Positions 28,360-38,772 are shown, numbered from the stretch's first letter. The stretch: DNA of 64,000 bases from Ignavibacteriota bacterium (GCA_022616555.1 JAKEEG010000012.1:8263-72262), one strand, 5' to 3'. Numbers and translations: made by a program. Notes: generated by a model from the letters alone, not told the origin.

Positions 28360-29724
28360 TTACTGAAGCTGGGGGAAAGCTTTTTTAACCAATTCGTTCA
28401 GATACACTTCTAGATTACTGTAACCGCTTTTCGAGATAGCAGCTCCGTCCTGCGGGTCATTGGGATTCATTTTTCTGGCATGCTCCCATTCATCCGGCAT
28501 TCCGTCTCCATCCGTATCCATGGGTGGAGAAGCGGAATTCAACGTAGGCCAGCCACCGACTTCAGACTGTGAATCAATAATGCCCAACGCCGTGGATGAT
28601 TTTTTGAATTTATGTTCTGCGGCATAGGAAGGATTCCCGAATGACGCTGTCCCGCTTTGAGCTTCGCGCACAATGCGCTCATCAACAGCATCGCGCCTAG
28701 GGAAAACAACCCCGGCGGATTGCAAAATCATCGGCACAATGTCCGTGGGATGATCTGTTTTGGCAATGACAAACGGGAATGGCTCATTCATTCTCCCATG
28801 CTTGTTATACTCACCCTCAACCCCAGCCCAATTATCGTCTGTGACTGATGCCGACCCTTCGACGACATTCTCAGCAATAAACCATTTGCCGGTTGCATCA
28901 AAGGGCTCTAAAAAGTTTTCTCTGTTGAGAGACGCAGGACCTGGTTTGAAATAATTCGCCACAAGATTCTGTTTCCCATGTTCCCCACCGTAGGCACATT
29001 TAAATCCCCAATTGTACACGAGGTTGTTCCTGAAATCGACCAATTCTTTATCCGGTTTCCCGGACGTCCTGCCGCCGTTAAAGCGCGGGTTGCGGCTTGT
29101 GTTATGAGCGATCAGGTTATGATGAAATGAAGCTTTCTGCCCGCCCCAAATTCCCCCGTACCCATGAGGACCTTTTGAGTGGACGGAGTTATTCAGGCTC
29201 TCCGATATGATTGACCATTGGAGCGTAAAATTTTCGTTATCGTAAAATGAGCCAACCTCATCCGTACCCCAGCTCATAGAGCAATGGTCGATGATAACAT
29301 TTTTACTACTCATCACGCAGAACGCATCGTCCTCCTGCTTCGCCTTATCACCCAACCGAAAACGAATAAACCGAACGATAACATTCTCTGCTATGATTTT
29401 TGTATTGTAATTTTTAATACAGATTCCGTAACCGGGAGCTGTTTGCCCAGCGATGGTGAGGTCGCCGTTGGTGATAAGGAGAGGTGATTTGAGAGCAATT
29501 GTGCCCGAGACGCGGAATACCAGAGTGCGGGCTGCTGATTGCCTGAGAGCATCGCGCAAGCTGCCGGGCCCATCATCGTCTAAATTGGTAACGGCAATTA
29601 CCCTGCCTCCACGCCCACCGCTCACGAATTTCCCGTACCCGTCCGCACCGGGAAATGCAGGTTGCTGAGCTTCGACAGAAGCTGTGCTCACTGCGACTAT
29701 CGCGACAAACAGTAGAGTTTTCAT
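28360..29724 (-). CDS. Pectate lyase (PL1, Bacteroidota-type)
   Basis: AFPGADGYG, GGRGG, DDGPGSLRDA, TIAGQTAPG, VIIDHCSMSW, RNPRF, DTDGDGMPDEWE. Signal peptide. Confidence 0.88.
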   Translation of the reverse strand: MKTLLFVAIVAVSTASVEAQQPAFPGADGYGKFVSGGRGGRVIAVTNLDDDGPGSLRDALRQSAARTLVFRVSGTIALKSPLLITNGDLTIAGQTAPGYGICIKNYNTKIIAENVIVRFIRFRLGDKAKQEDDAFCVMSSKNVIIDHCSMSWGTDEVGSFYDNENFTLQWSIISESLNNSVHSKGPHGYGGIWGGQKASFHHNLIAHNTSRNPRFNGGRTSGKPDKELVDFRNNLVYNWGFKCAYGGEHGKQNLVANYFKPGPASLNRENFLEPFDATGKWFIAENVVEGSASVTDDNWAGVEGEYNKHGRMNEPFPFVIAKTDHPTDIVPMILQSAGVVFPRRDAVDERIVREAQSGTASFGNPSYAAEHKFKKSSTALGIIDSQSEVGGWPTLNSASPPMDTDGDGMPDEWEHARKMNPNDPQDGAAISKSGYSNLEVYLNELVKKAFPQLQ

Positions 29725-29740
29725 AATTTCTTTAAACAAC

Positions 29741-29774
29741 AAGCGGCAAGTAGTGGAGGGTCTACTTGCCGCTT
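29741..29774. terminator. Intrinsic terminator-like hairpin after the T9SS gene
   Basis: 13-bp perfect stem AAGCGGCAAGTAG / CTACTTGCCGCTT with an 8-nt loop. Confidence 0.65.
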
Positions 29775-29797
29775 TGGTTTATCATACGAAGAAGAAA

Positions 29798-31509
29798 CTA
29801 CTTGAGCAACACCATCTTCTTCGTGATTGCGTTGTGCGGCGTGGTTAACCTGTAAAAATACACGCCGGAAACGAGGTTAGAAGCGTCGAAATCAATCGTA
29901 TACGTGCCCGCCAGCTGCCTCTTCCCTTCGACGAGAACGGCAACCCTTCTGCCTAACACATCGAAAACTTCCAGAGTTACCTTCGCTTCAACCGGCACTC
30001 CGTACGTCAATTTAGTTGACGGATTGAACGGATTGGGGTAGTTCTGGGTAAGTGTAAAGTGCACCGGGACTTCATCTTGACCCGGAATACCAGTTGTCGG
30101 GTCATTCTCCCAGAGAGCTTTTTGTGCCGGGAACCAGTTCAAATCACCAGCGGGGTACCCGCTTCTCGCGCCTGTGTATGCAGGGGAAGATGTGGAGTAC
30201 GACGCATCAAGCGTATCTCGGTAATATTCAATGGTTCTGCGGTCGTAGTCGTCCGTCGTCCGGTCAAATACAGCACCCGGTGTGTTTTTCGATCGATTCC
30301 CTCCGGTTGAGTTCTCATACCAGCGCATCATGTTCGTCATCAAACGCGGCGCATTAGCAAGCGCAAGATCCACTTCCTGGAAGGCTATTGTCGAATCGTA
30401 TCCGTCCACAGCAAGCCTACTGTTAATATGCCAGGAAAGCGGAGAAGCTACGCCATAGCCGAAATCATTCAAGAAGGCCGATCCGGAGTCTGAAATCGCG
30501 TAGTAGTTGCCACCGACTCTCCAGCGCGTGCTATCGTTCGGAGCCGTAAACACCCATGTAATTCTGTTCCCACCATTCCCATACGTTTCGCCGGTGTTTG
30601 CCCATTCCGCAGCGCGGGTCGCATCTGTTGAGTCTTCGCCAAGAGCAAATCCATCGACAAATAAGTTGTTCGTGACGTGTATCTCATTTCCCACATTACC
30701 TAACGAGATCAAGCCGTGGAAACCCATGCCGTTGATGAATGTGTTGTGGTCAATCAAGCCATACTGAATCGGGCCTGTCCCTGCACTAGGATTGGAAAAA
30801 TTGTAATGCCGGATTGCACGGTCTTGATAATTGACAAACGTATTGTTTTGAATAATCAAGGTGTCGATCGTTGCCTCGCGTAAATCAAGCCCTTTGCCGG
30901 CACCGAGGTTTGACGTAGTCAGCGCACCCATGTTGGCAAAAATTGAGTTTGTGACCGAAACCTTCACCGCGTTTGAACCGGTGCGAACATGCTGACCGTT
31001 AATGTTTGAGAACACCACCCCGTCGATAATGATCGAAGAGCCAACGGCATTGGTGTTAATGAGCCCACCTTGAACTCCATCTACGCGTTCGGGTTCCAGT
31101 TCATAGTACCCTACAATACAGATGTCGCTTAATTCCAAGTTACCGCCTGCCAGCACAACGAAATTGCCCGGCGGCCTTGTGGGGACTGAGCTGGATTCGT
31201 TGAACCCTGCTCCCAGAGATAGATGATGGGCTTCTCACCCGCCCCCGCTGCGGCTCTCATACGGAGCGTTTGACCGCTTTGGATGGTGATAATTGACCTC
31301 GTGAGGTAGACCGCGTCGCGCTCAAGCTCGTACACACGATTTGCAAGCAGCCCACCCGTATTGGCCGTATCCGCAACAAACTGGGCGTTGATATATTTCG
31401 TGGTATCGCCATCAAACGGGAGAAGCGTGAGTACGCTTTCCTGTCCGTATGACGTCATTACAACTAGAAAAAGGAGCACGAATAGTACTCCAAGTTTTCT
31501 CACATGCAT
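29798..31509 (-). pseudogene. Secreted beta-helix-like protein with T9SS C-terminal sorting domain, split by a 1-nt frameshift
   Basis: Signal-peptide ORF 31509-31129 and ORF 31156-29798 (open from 31234) overlap in different frames; adding 1 nt gives 570 aa. C-terminus LTQNYPNPFNPST...SGVYFYRL...KKMVLLK. Parallel-beta-helix-like repeats (IIQNNTF, IDHNTF, VTNNLF). Confidence 0.8.
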
Positions 31510-31634
31510 AAACCCTCCTACGATTAAGTATGAGTGGATGGTGTTAAAAAATTTTTACGGCAAATCTTTCCTAAGCAACACCTCCTTTTGAGATTTACCA
31601 GTGAACGTTAGGTTATTGTGATTGTGAGTTGGAT

Positions 31635-34600
31635 TTAAAGTTCAACTGTAATTCCGAAATCCGCCGTGAGGCCATATTTCTCGCTCTGGTCAAACCGTGT
31701 TGTGTTTATTAGCCTATTCACAATTGTCCTTCCATCTTCAATATTTGTAACGTTGTTTACATTCAGAAAGACAGTAACATAATCTGCCACTTTTTGCTTC
31801 AGTGCGATATCGAGACGGGTAAACGCTATGGTAACAAGGTCGCTCTCACCAATGGCTGAGAAAGAAACGTTATGTTCGCCCTGATGGAAAACGGAAACCC
31901 TGCCCGAAAACCCTCCATAGTCAAACCCTAAAGCGACGTTGCCGAAGAATTCCGGCATCCCTTCTAATTTCTGCCTTTTCTCGATAAGCGCTGTGTAAGA
32001 CTTTGTCAAAGGGAATGGCCCGGAGGAATCCACATACGATCTCACCTCCGAGTAGTACACCACAGTCTCCGATCGAACGATAGATGCATTGTAAGAAAGT
32101 ACAATTCCGCTGAATGGATCGGGGAGGAAATGAAAATTCATTTGATGCTCAAATTCGAACCCCCACACTTTCGTTGGTGCAGGCGTATTATAGGGAAACG
32201 TTATGTTGTACGGGGTAGTCTGCAATTGGCTTTTCCACGTAATACCGAAACGTTGCATCAGCGTATCGCCCACCGTATTAAAATCATTCAGCATATGAAA
32301 CATATCGTTAATTCGTTTGTAGTATGCCGATACGGAGATTAAACCAAACGAATTATCTAGCAGCGACGTGTTGAGTTCATAGTTCCATGCCTGGGCTACC
32401 CTCAACGACGTATTGCCGACACGCAACTCCGTCTGCGAACCCACCTCCGCCGGCCTTCCAGCGATGTAACGATTCAGCCGCATATTAAAATCGGGACGGG
32501 CAAGCGCTTTGTAGGCGGCTAGCCGTACGTTCAGAAACCCAAGCGGCCTGTAGGAGATGTTGATATTTGGAAGCACAAAGGATTTGCCGAAGGAGGATGT
32601 AGTGTCTCGAAAGGAATTTGCTGGAATAGGAAATCCGCCGACCGGTGCAGGCATGAAGGGAGTCTGGTAATCGTTAAACTCGTTCTCAATTCTTACCCCT
32701 CCGATAATCGTCAGGTCCTGCCCAATATTCAGTGTGTTCATGATATATCCAGCCGCTACGCGCTCTTTGACGAAATAGTCATCGTATCTAATGAGCGGAT
32801 TGACCCAAATTTCCTGCTGGTTGCCGGTTGCATCGACGCCGTATTTATTCAGCTCTCTCCACTGTCGAATCTTATCCCTCATGACGAGCGGGTTGAGTAA
32901 ATACGCGTCATACACATTCCTGGTTTTATTAGTTTCATAGAGGAAATAATCAATCCCAATAAACCCTCCCCCATTTTCAAGCCAATCTTCAAAATGGGTA
33001 CCTGTGAAATCTTTTTGACGTTGCGTGCCGTCAGGCAAACGCTCGTATCGCTGCCATCTGCCCAAATAATACGGTGTAAAATCTTCGCTCCGGCTATTCG
33101 ACCTGTCTTTAAGCTTCAATTTAGCACCGATTTTGACCACCCCCGAAATTGTCTCTCCGATAAGATATTGTTTGCTTGCATCGGTAAACGCTGTTCGCTC
33201 TTTATCGTAGTTATGTTGACGCCGGAAATACGCCCAGTACAGCGAAGCGTTGGCAAAATTATTATAAGCAAGGGGGATGAGTTGTTCGGGATTAGAATAT
33301 ATATATGGAGAAGAGCTCATCCCTGAAGGCTCAACAAAAATCATTTCATAATCATACGGAAAACCGGATTTTGACTCTGCAAATGACAAGCCCCAATTGA
33401 AACTAATCCCTAGGATATTATTATCTCCACGCAGTGAACTGCTCAATGTATTGATTTCTTGTTCACGATCACGGTAATTATACACCACCGAGCCTTGCTG
33501 GCTGCCTCCCCCTAATACTGGGTAATCTCGTATGGAAAGGACGTAATCCCGCTTTGTACGACCGTATACGTTATTGAACCGTATCGTTCCATTATCTGGA
33601 GTATTGAAATCTAACAACACACTCAACCCCTCTCGCTTTCGCGTTTCATCGGTGAACTCGAGGAGAAAATCATTAATAGGGTACGTTGGTACGTTATTAG
33701 GGTCACGCAGGCCATCATAGTTTACGTTGATGCGTTCGTTGCTCCGTAGTCTCTTCTCGAAATTTCCCGTCAACTGCACTCCTACGATGTTATCTAAAAA
33801 TCGTTCACCGTAGTGAAGAGCATAGATGTACTGGTTGAGCGACTTCATCAGTCTGTTGTAGTCTCGCTTAATGTCAAGTTTCAGCTGCCGAGTCTCTGGC
33901 GCTTTTCTCGTCACGAGATTAATACCTCCGGCAACAGCATCACCGTCTTTATCGGGCGTCAGAGCTTTGTAGAGCTCAATTCCTGCAAGTGAGCCTTGAG
34001 AGAGCATACTTAAATCCACCCCGCGTCCTGTCTCATCGGTTGCAGGAATCTTCACCCCATCAATCGTAATATTGGCAAACTTGCCCTCCAACCCGCGCAA
34101 GATAACTTTGTTCGCTTCGCCTCCAGACCTCATGATTGAAACACCGGGAAGTCGCCCTACAGCTTCGGCGGCGTTCGCGTCCGGAAGCTCCTGTATTTTT
34201 TCGCGTGAAACTACATTCATTATCGTGTTCGAGGTGATCTGTTGGTTGATCGCGGCAATCTGTCCACGCGCTTGCGCGGTTACCAACACTTCACCGGCTT
34301 CGATAATATCCGGCGACAGCTCTGCGTTCACGGTGAGTTCGTCGTTACCGACGTTGACTTCGACATCTTTTGACCTGTAACCCAAGTAGGATACCCTGAG
34401 GATATATGCGCCGGCAGGAATTCCAATAATACGATATTTGCCCTCACGGTCAGTTGCACTGCCTAGGCTCGTGCCCACTAAGAACACGTTTGCTCCGATG
34501 AGTTCTGAACTATCTAACGAATCAGTGATCGTACCTTGAATAACACCTTGGCTGAGAAGCTGGGAAGGAAGACAACAGAGGAGCACTGCAATGGCAAGAA

Positions 34601-34655
34601 AAAGCAGCAACTGCCGCGCAATACTTGAGATACAAGACCAACGGCGAGTAAACAT
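31635..34655 (-). CDS. TonB-dependent receptor with carboxypeptidase-like N-terminal domain
   Basis: GTITDS...LIGANVFLVGT, plug IQELPDANAAEAVGRLPGV, DGDAVAGGINL, C-terminal barrel strand. Confidence 0.92.
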   Translation of the reverse strand: MFTRRWSCISSIARQLLLFLAIAVLLCCLPSQLLSQGVIQGTITDSLDSSELIGANVFLVGTSLGSATDREGKYRIIGIPAGAYILRVSYLGYRSKDVEVNVGNDELTVNAELSPDIIEAGEVLVTAQARGQIAAINQQITSNTIMNVVSREKIQELPDANAAEAVGRLPGVSIMRSGGEANKVILRGLEGKFANITIDGVKIPATDETGRGVDLSMLSQGSLAGIELYKALTPDKDGDAVAGGINLVTRKAPETRQLKLDIKRDYNRLMKSLNQYIYALHYGERFLDNIVGVQLTGNFEKRLRSNERINVNYDGLRDPNNVPTYPINDFLLEFTDETRKREGLSVLLDFNTPDNGTIRFNNVYGRTKRDYVLSIRDYPVLGGGSQQGSVVYNYRDREQEINTLSSSLRGDNNILGISFNWGLSFAESKSGFPYDYEMIFVEPSGMSSSPYIYSNPEQLIPLAYNNFANASLYWAYFRRQHNYDKERTAFTDASKQYLIGETISGVVKIGAKLKLKDRSNSRSEDFTPYYLGRWQRYERLPDGTQRQKDFTGTHFEDWLENGGGFIGIDYFLYETNKTRNVYDAYLLNPLVMRDKIRQWRELNKYGVDATGNQQEIWVNPLIRYDDYFVKERVAAGYIMNTLNIGQDLTIIGGVRIENEFNDYQTPFMPAPVGGFPIPANSFRDTTSSFGKSFVLPNINISYRPLGFLNVRLAAYKALARPDFNMRLNRYIAGRPAEVGSQTELRVGNTSLRVAQAWNYELNTSLLDNSFGLISVSAYYKRINDMFHMLNDFNTVGDTLMQRFGITWKSQLQTTPYNITFPYNTPAPTKVWGFEFEHQMNFHFLPDPFSGIVLSYNASIVRSETVVYYSEVRSYVDSSGPFPLTKSYTALIEKRQKLEGMPEFFGNVALGFDYGGFSGRVSVFHQGEHNVSFSAIGESDLVTIAFTRLDIALKQKVADYVTVFLNVNNVTNIEDGRTIVNRLINTTRFDQSEKYGLTADFGITVEL

Positions 34656-34704
34656 GTTCTAAGGTTAATCCTTGTGTTCGGAGGTTGAAAAACATGCACC
34701 ACTA

Positions 34705-34718
34705 CTTAACCGTTTACT
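34705..34718. promoter_or_regulatory. Possible LacI-type operator upstream of the TonB receptor
   Basis: - strand AGTAAACGGTTAAG with central CG resembles the LacI/GalR consensus. A TTGACA lies at 34760-55. Confidence 0.3.
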
Positions 34719-34986
34719 TTAACGCTACCCCAAAATGCAGAACTCTCACTTCTTTGTCAAGTAAAAACTGCTAAACCTACACATTGTGGTAATTATTCCT
34801 ATTATTATACATGAGAGAAAAGGAAATTCTTTATAGTTTTATATATATCCTTATTGTACCGTTGTTCTACGCTTTTCTTATTACTAAAGGCGGGGTAAAC
34901 AAAACCGGATATATCTAAAACTAAATCGTGTTATCCAAAAATAACGTATAAGAAGGTATAGAGCAGCATTTACCTTTTTGAAAAGT

Positions 34987-36177
34987 ATGACCACATCCTC
35001 ATCATTTTACCTCAACCTTCCCGTAACGGAAAACTTTCTCGACATCTCTACCTCCAAGATTTATCAACAGTTGCCTGATGACTGGTTTGTAGTCGTTACC
35101 GACGTGAAGGATTCAACTTCTGCGATACGCCGCGGCATGTATAAAGAAGTAAACCTACTTGGCGCCTCGTCCATCATGGCAATGCTTAATCTGACAAAAT
35201 CGTTCTCCCTTCCTTTTGTTTTCGGCGGCGATGGTGCAACCGTTTGCTTACATGCATCCCTCGTGGAGCAAGCGCGAAGCGCACTCCTGGCAACCCGCCG
35301 CATGGCTCGTGAGGTGTACGCCCTGGATTTCCGTGTCGGTATTGTCCCGGTAACTGATATCCGGCGCGCAGGCTTTGATGTGCTCGTCGCAAGATACCGT
35401 GTCTCCGAACATTTTGTTCAAGCGGTCTTTACAGGATGGGGACTGCAATACGCGGAAAATTGCATAAAGGACTCTACTTTGGGTGAACAATACTGTTTGA
35501 CGGCGGAAGACACGGAGGCAGAAGCGGATTTCTCTGGACTCGAATGTCGCTGGAAAAACGTCCCCAGTGCTCACGGAGAAATCGTTTCACTGATTGTTCA
35601 AGCAACGGCAACCTCAGAACAGAAACGAAACACCACCTACCGTGATGTCATTTCGAAAGTCAGTGAAATTTACGGCTCCGATACGGCCTGCCACCCAGTA
35701 CAAGAAAACTTGCTCAGCGGCAGTTTGACTGAGCGCAGGCTTTCAAGCGAATCAAATATCCGTTCCTATGGTAAAGGTGGTTTCTATCGTATTTTCTATT
35801 GGTTCAAGATTCGATTCAACACCATAATAGGTATACTACTGATGAAAATAGGTTACAAATCAAAAAACATTGATTGGGGGGCATATAAATCTCAACTCGT
35901 ATCGAACAGCGACTTTAAAAAATTCGATGACAAGCTGCGGCAAACGCTTTCGGGTACACCCGGACAACGAAATGTACTTGAAACATTTTTGAATGATCGC
36001 TATAAATCTGGAGAGCTTACTTACGGCATCCACACAGCCCCAACGGCACTTATTACATGCCTGATCTTCAGTTATAACGGGGCACATATTCATCTTGTGG
36101 ATGCCGACAACGGCGGTTACGCGGCGGCGGCAGTGCAATTGAAGGAACGATTGAAACAAAGCACCGCTATTGAATGA
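34987..36177 (+). CDS. DUF3095-family protein
   Basis: LPDDWFVVVTDVKDST, YKEVNLLGA, PFVFGGDGAT, DFSGLECRW, DFKKFDDKLR, HLVDADNGGY. Confidence 0.75.
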   Translation: MTTSSSFYLNLPVTENFLDISTSKIYQQLPDDWFVVVTDVKDSTSAIRRGMYKEVNLLGASSIMAMLNLTKSFSLPFVFGGDGATVCLHASLVEQARSALLATRRMAREVYALDFRVGIVPVTDIRRAGFDVLVARYRVSEHFVQAVFTGWGLQYAENCIKDSTLGEQYCLTAEDTEAEADFSGLECRWKNVPSAHGEIVSLIVQATATSEQKRNTTYRDVISKVSEIYGSDTACHPVQENLLSGSLTERRLSSESNIRSYGKGGFYRIFYWFKIRFNTIIGILLMKIGYKSKNIDWGAYKSQLVSNSDFKKFDDKLRQTLSGTPGQRNVLETFLNDRYKSGELTYGIHTAPTALITCLIFSYNGAHIHLVDADNGGYAAAAVQLKERLKQSTAIE

Positions 36178-36426
36178 AATTCAGTACAACATATTCTTTT
36201 TAATGCTATTTAAGCGATGGAGGCACTTTTGTAAATACTATACTGTGGTGGATACCGTGAGGGAGATTACTGAAGGATCAGTACAAAGTGCGACAGGTAA
36301 AGCGCCTACGCTTTAGAATTTCTGTAAAAGACCTTTTTACACTATTCTAAAGGATTTTGGTGCGGTTAAACTTGCAACATTCTTGTTCTCAGCTTACCTT
36401 CTAGGTATTCTTTATAGAACTATGCC

Positions 36427-37524
36427 ATGACTATGAACACGTTTTTTGTTGCGGGAATGGGTGTTGCCCTCCTCATCGAGCTGCTGCTCGTCAGCAAGAA
36501 GAACAAATCGGAGTCGGACAACATCCTGACCATCTGGATGTTTCTTATTCTTGTACACCTGTTTCTTTTCTATATAAGCTTTACGGAAGATATATACACT
36601 CTGCCATGGCTCTTGGGCGTGGAACAGCCCCTTCCCCTGCTGCACGGAGTGTTTTTATATTTCTATGTCGCGATTTTGACAGACCAAGCGCCCAAAAACA
36701 GGAAATCCCTCCTTCTCCACTTTATGCCAACAATTGCGATCTATACATATCTGCTGGCGACATTTTTTGTTCTACCCGAAGAACAAAAAATTGAGATCTA
36801 TAGAACTCAAGGGGCAGGGTTTGAGCTGTACAATACTCTCAAATGGTATGCGATAGCTTTGTCAGGCGTGCTTTATGTAACCTGGTCTATTATATTATTA
36901 AAAAAGCATCAGCAGAACATCAGCGACCGGTTCTCGGATGTCGAACAACTCAACCTGCGGTGGCTGCAACTTCTCACTTTCGGATTGGGCGGTATTTGGT
37001 TTCTGGTGATATTCTTCGGTGGCGATCCACTGATTTTCTCGGGTGCCGTTGTGTTCATCTTTCTGATAGGATTTTTTGGGGTTCGGCAAGCGAACATTTT
37101 TGCTGAAAGCGCTCCAAATGAGCAGAAAGAAAAATATCAAAAGTCGGGATTGTCCGAGGAGGCTTCTGAAGAGCTGCATCAACGACTCAGGCGCTTTATG
37201 ACTGAAGACGCTGTGTACAAACAGAGCGACCTTTCAATCAACGACCTCGCATCCAGGCTCGGAGTCCATCCTAACTACCTTTCGCAGGTCATCAACCAGA
37301 AAGAGCAAAAGAATTTCTACGATTTTGTGAATGCATACCGCGTCGAGGAATTTAAGCGCTTAATCAGCTTACAGAAAAATCGACAATATACACTCCTCTC
37401 ACTTGCACACGATTGCGGCTTCAGCTCAAAGACCTCGTTTAACAGATTCTTCAAAAAGGCAACCGGACAAACCCCTTCCGAATACGTGTCTTCGTTTACA
37501 GGCCAGAAACCGCAACCCGAGTAG
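36427..37524 (+). CDS. AraC-family regulator with N-terminal multi-TM sensor domain
   Basis: About 7 hydrophobic segments, then YLSQVINQ...NFYDFVNAYRVEE...GFSSKTSFNRFFKK.TG.TPSEY. Confidence 0.9.
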   Translation: MTMNTFFVAGMGVALLIELLLVSKKNKSESDNILTIWMFLILVHLFLFYISFTEDIYTLPWLLGVEQPLPLLHGVFLYFYVAILTDQAPKNRKSLLLHFMPTIAIYTYLLATFFVLPEEQKIEIYRTQGAGFELYNTLKWYAIALSGVLYVTWSIILLKKHQQNISDRFSDVEQLNLRWLQLLTFGLGGIWFLVIFFGGDPLIFSGAVVFIFLIGFFGVRQANIFAESAPNEQKEKYQKSGLSEEASEELHQRLRRFMTEDAVYKQSDLSINDLASRLGVHPNYLSQVINQKEQKNFYDFVNAYRVEEFKRLISLQKNRQYTLLSLAHDCGFSSKTSFNRFFKKATGQTPSEYVSSFTGQKPQPE

Positions 37525-37605
37525 TACCAACCTACAAGAATATACCTGAGTTTCATGTTCCACCTTACAAGGCGAACCGACTTCCCTCGCCGAGCGGCGT
37601 ATATT
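37524..37605 (+). promoter_or_regulatory. Direct repeats plus weak -35 promoter (candidate AraC-activated)
   Basis: GTACCAACCTACAAG (37524-38) and GTTCCACCTTACAAG (37557-71) match 12/15. CCGACT (37577-82)-N17-TATATT (37600-05). Confidence 0.45.
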
Positions 37606-37655
37606 ACACCAGATGTTCAAATAATTCATTTATCAATAATTCACAGAGGGAAGTC

Positions 37656-38477
37656 ATGAAAAACCGACCAGTCACAATACTCATAGCCGCTTTTCTGCTT
37701 GCGTTGATTCAATCAACCGCATTTGCCCATGGCGGCGGCAAAAATGTGAAACTCCACATTAATCCCAGATGGAAAGAATGCTCGGTTCAACTCGACCCAG
37801 CCCTAACTCAAGATGCCTTGCGCGAATTTGCACAGGAAGCGGGTCTGGTTGCGTATTTTCGTCCTCTCGTCGCCGCAAAGCCTATGGGCTCAGGGAATTA
37901 TGAGTTTTCCATTCTCCAATGGGCAACAGCTTTTGACGACACAAAGCCTGCTTGGAACGATACGTTTGTCCATCCTGATTCCACTCATTGGCTCAAGGAA
38001 GGCGATAGATTGGGATTTCCGGGATTAACATTCAGGGCGGGTATAACAGAAAGGATAGATGTTGGCATGTACTTTACTAAAAACCCGGGGGCGAACTATG
38101 GGTTCTGGGGTGGACAAGTTCAGTACAATTTTGCTGAAAGTTCCGAAGACCGCTGGGCTTCTTCTGCCCGCATGAGTTTTGTTTCCTTGCACGGCCCAGA
38201 CGACCTTGATCTCACCGTCTATGGTATTGAAGTACTGGCAAGCAAGGACTATACACTATATTCCGATTGGGTAGCTATTTCGCCGTACGCAGGCGTTTCA
38301 ACCTATCTGTCAACAGCGCATGAAACAACCACCGCTGTAAGTCTCAGAGATGAACGTGTATTCGGCGTACAAGGTATGATCGGCGCAGTGACTCAAATTT
38401 CTATCGCCAGTTTAGCAATCGAATATAATGTTTCCACAGTCAACACGTTATCTTTTAAAATTGGGGTTGCTTTCTAG
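37656..38477 (+). CDS. Putative outer-membrane beta-barrel protein
   Basis: Signal peptide, alternating amphipathic strands, terminal Phe (SFKIGVAF). Confidence 0.7.
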   Translation: MKNRPVTILIAAFLLALIQSTAFAHGGGKNVKLHINPRWKECSVQLDPALTQDALREFAQEAGLVAYFRPLVAAKPMGSGNYEFSILQWATAFDDTKPAWNDTFVHPDSTHWLKEGDRLGFPGLTFRAGITERIDVGMYFTKNPGANYGFWGGQVQYNFAESSEDRWASSARMSFVSLHGPDDLDLTVYGIEVLASKDYTLYSDWVAISPYAGVSTYLSTAHETTTAVSLRDERVFGVQGMIGAVTQISIASLAIEYNVSTVNTLSFKIGVAF

Positions 38478-38489
38478 ACTATCAGCAAC

Positions 38490-38585
38490 ATGAAAAAGGA
38501 AACGGAAGAGCTTCTCCTAAAGATGCTCACCATTATCAGTTTCGCTCTGTGGGCATTGGCTATTTATCTGACTATACAAAAATGA
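38490..38585 (+). CDS. Putative 31-aa single-TM small protein, absent from the ORF track
   Basis: MKKETEELLLKMLTIISFALWALAIYLTIQK*. Starts 12 nt after the OMP stop and ends before a strong hairpin. Confidence 0.45.
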   Translation: MKKETEELLLKMLTIISFALWALAIYLTIQK

Positions 38586-38603
38586 CAGGTAGGTTAGCCA
38601 TCC

Positions 38604-38648
38604 AAACAATGAATCCCAGCCGGGAAAAAAGGCTGGGATTCATTGTTT
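38604..38648. terminator. Strong (possibly bidirectional) terminator hairpin
   Basis: 18-bp perfect stem AAACAATGAATCCCAGCC / GGCTGGGATTCATTGTTT with a 9-nt loop. Confidence 0.8.
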
Positions 38649-38772
38649 ATAAACCTGCTACACAAGCAGCAAGCTTTTCTGTATAGGAATTGAATACCGA
38701 CGAAAATTAAGATATTATTGGTAACAGTTTTTCATTATTGAGGCTAAAACAGTTTCAGTTATAAAAAATACA

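Noticed and set aside
36270-36310. AGTACAAAGTGCGACAGGTAAAGCGCCTAC as a second AraC-type site
   Set aside because: Only vague similarity to 37524-37571, with no clear repeat or dyad.
36811-36825. GGGGCAGGGTTTGAG resembling the tRNA T-arm (possible att site)
   Set aside because: Short, mismatched and inside the AraC coding sequence; likely chance.
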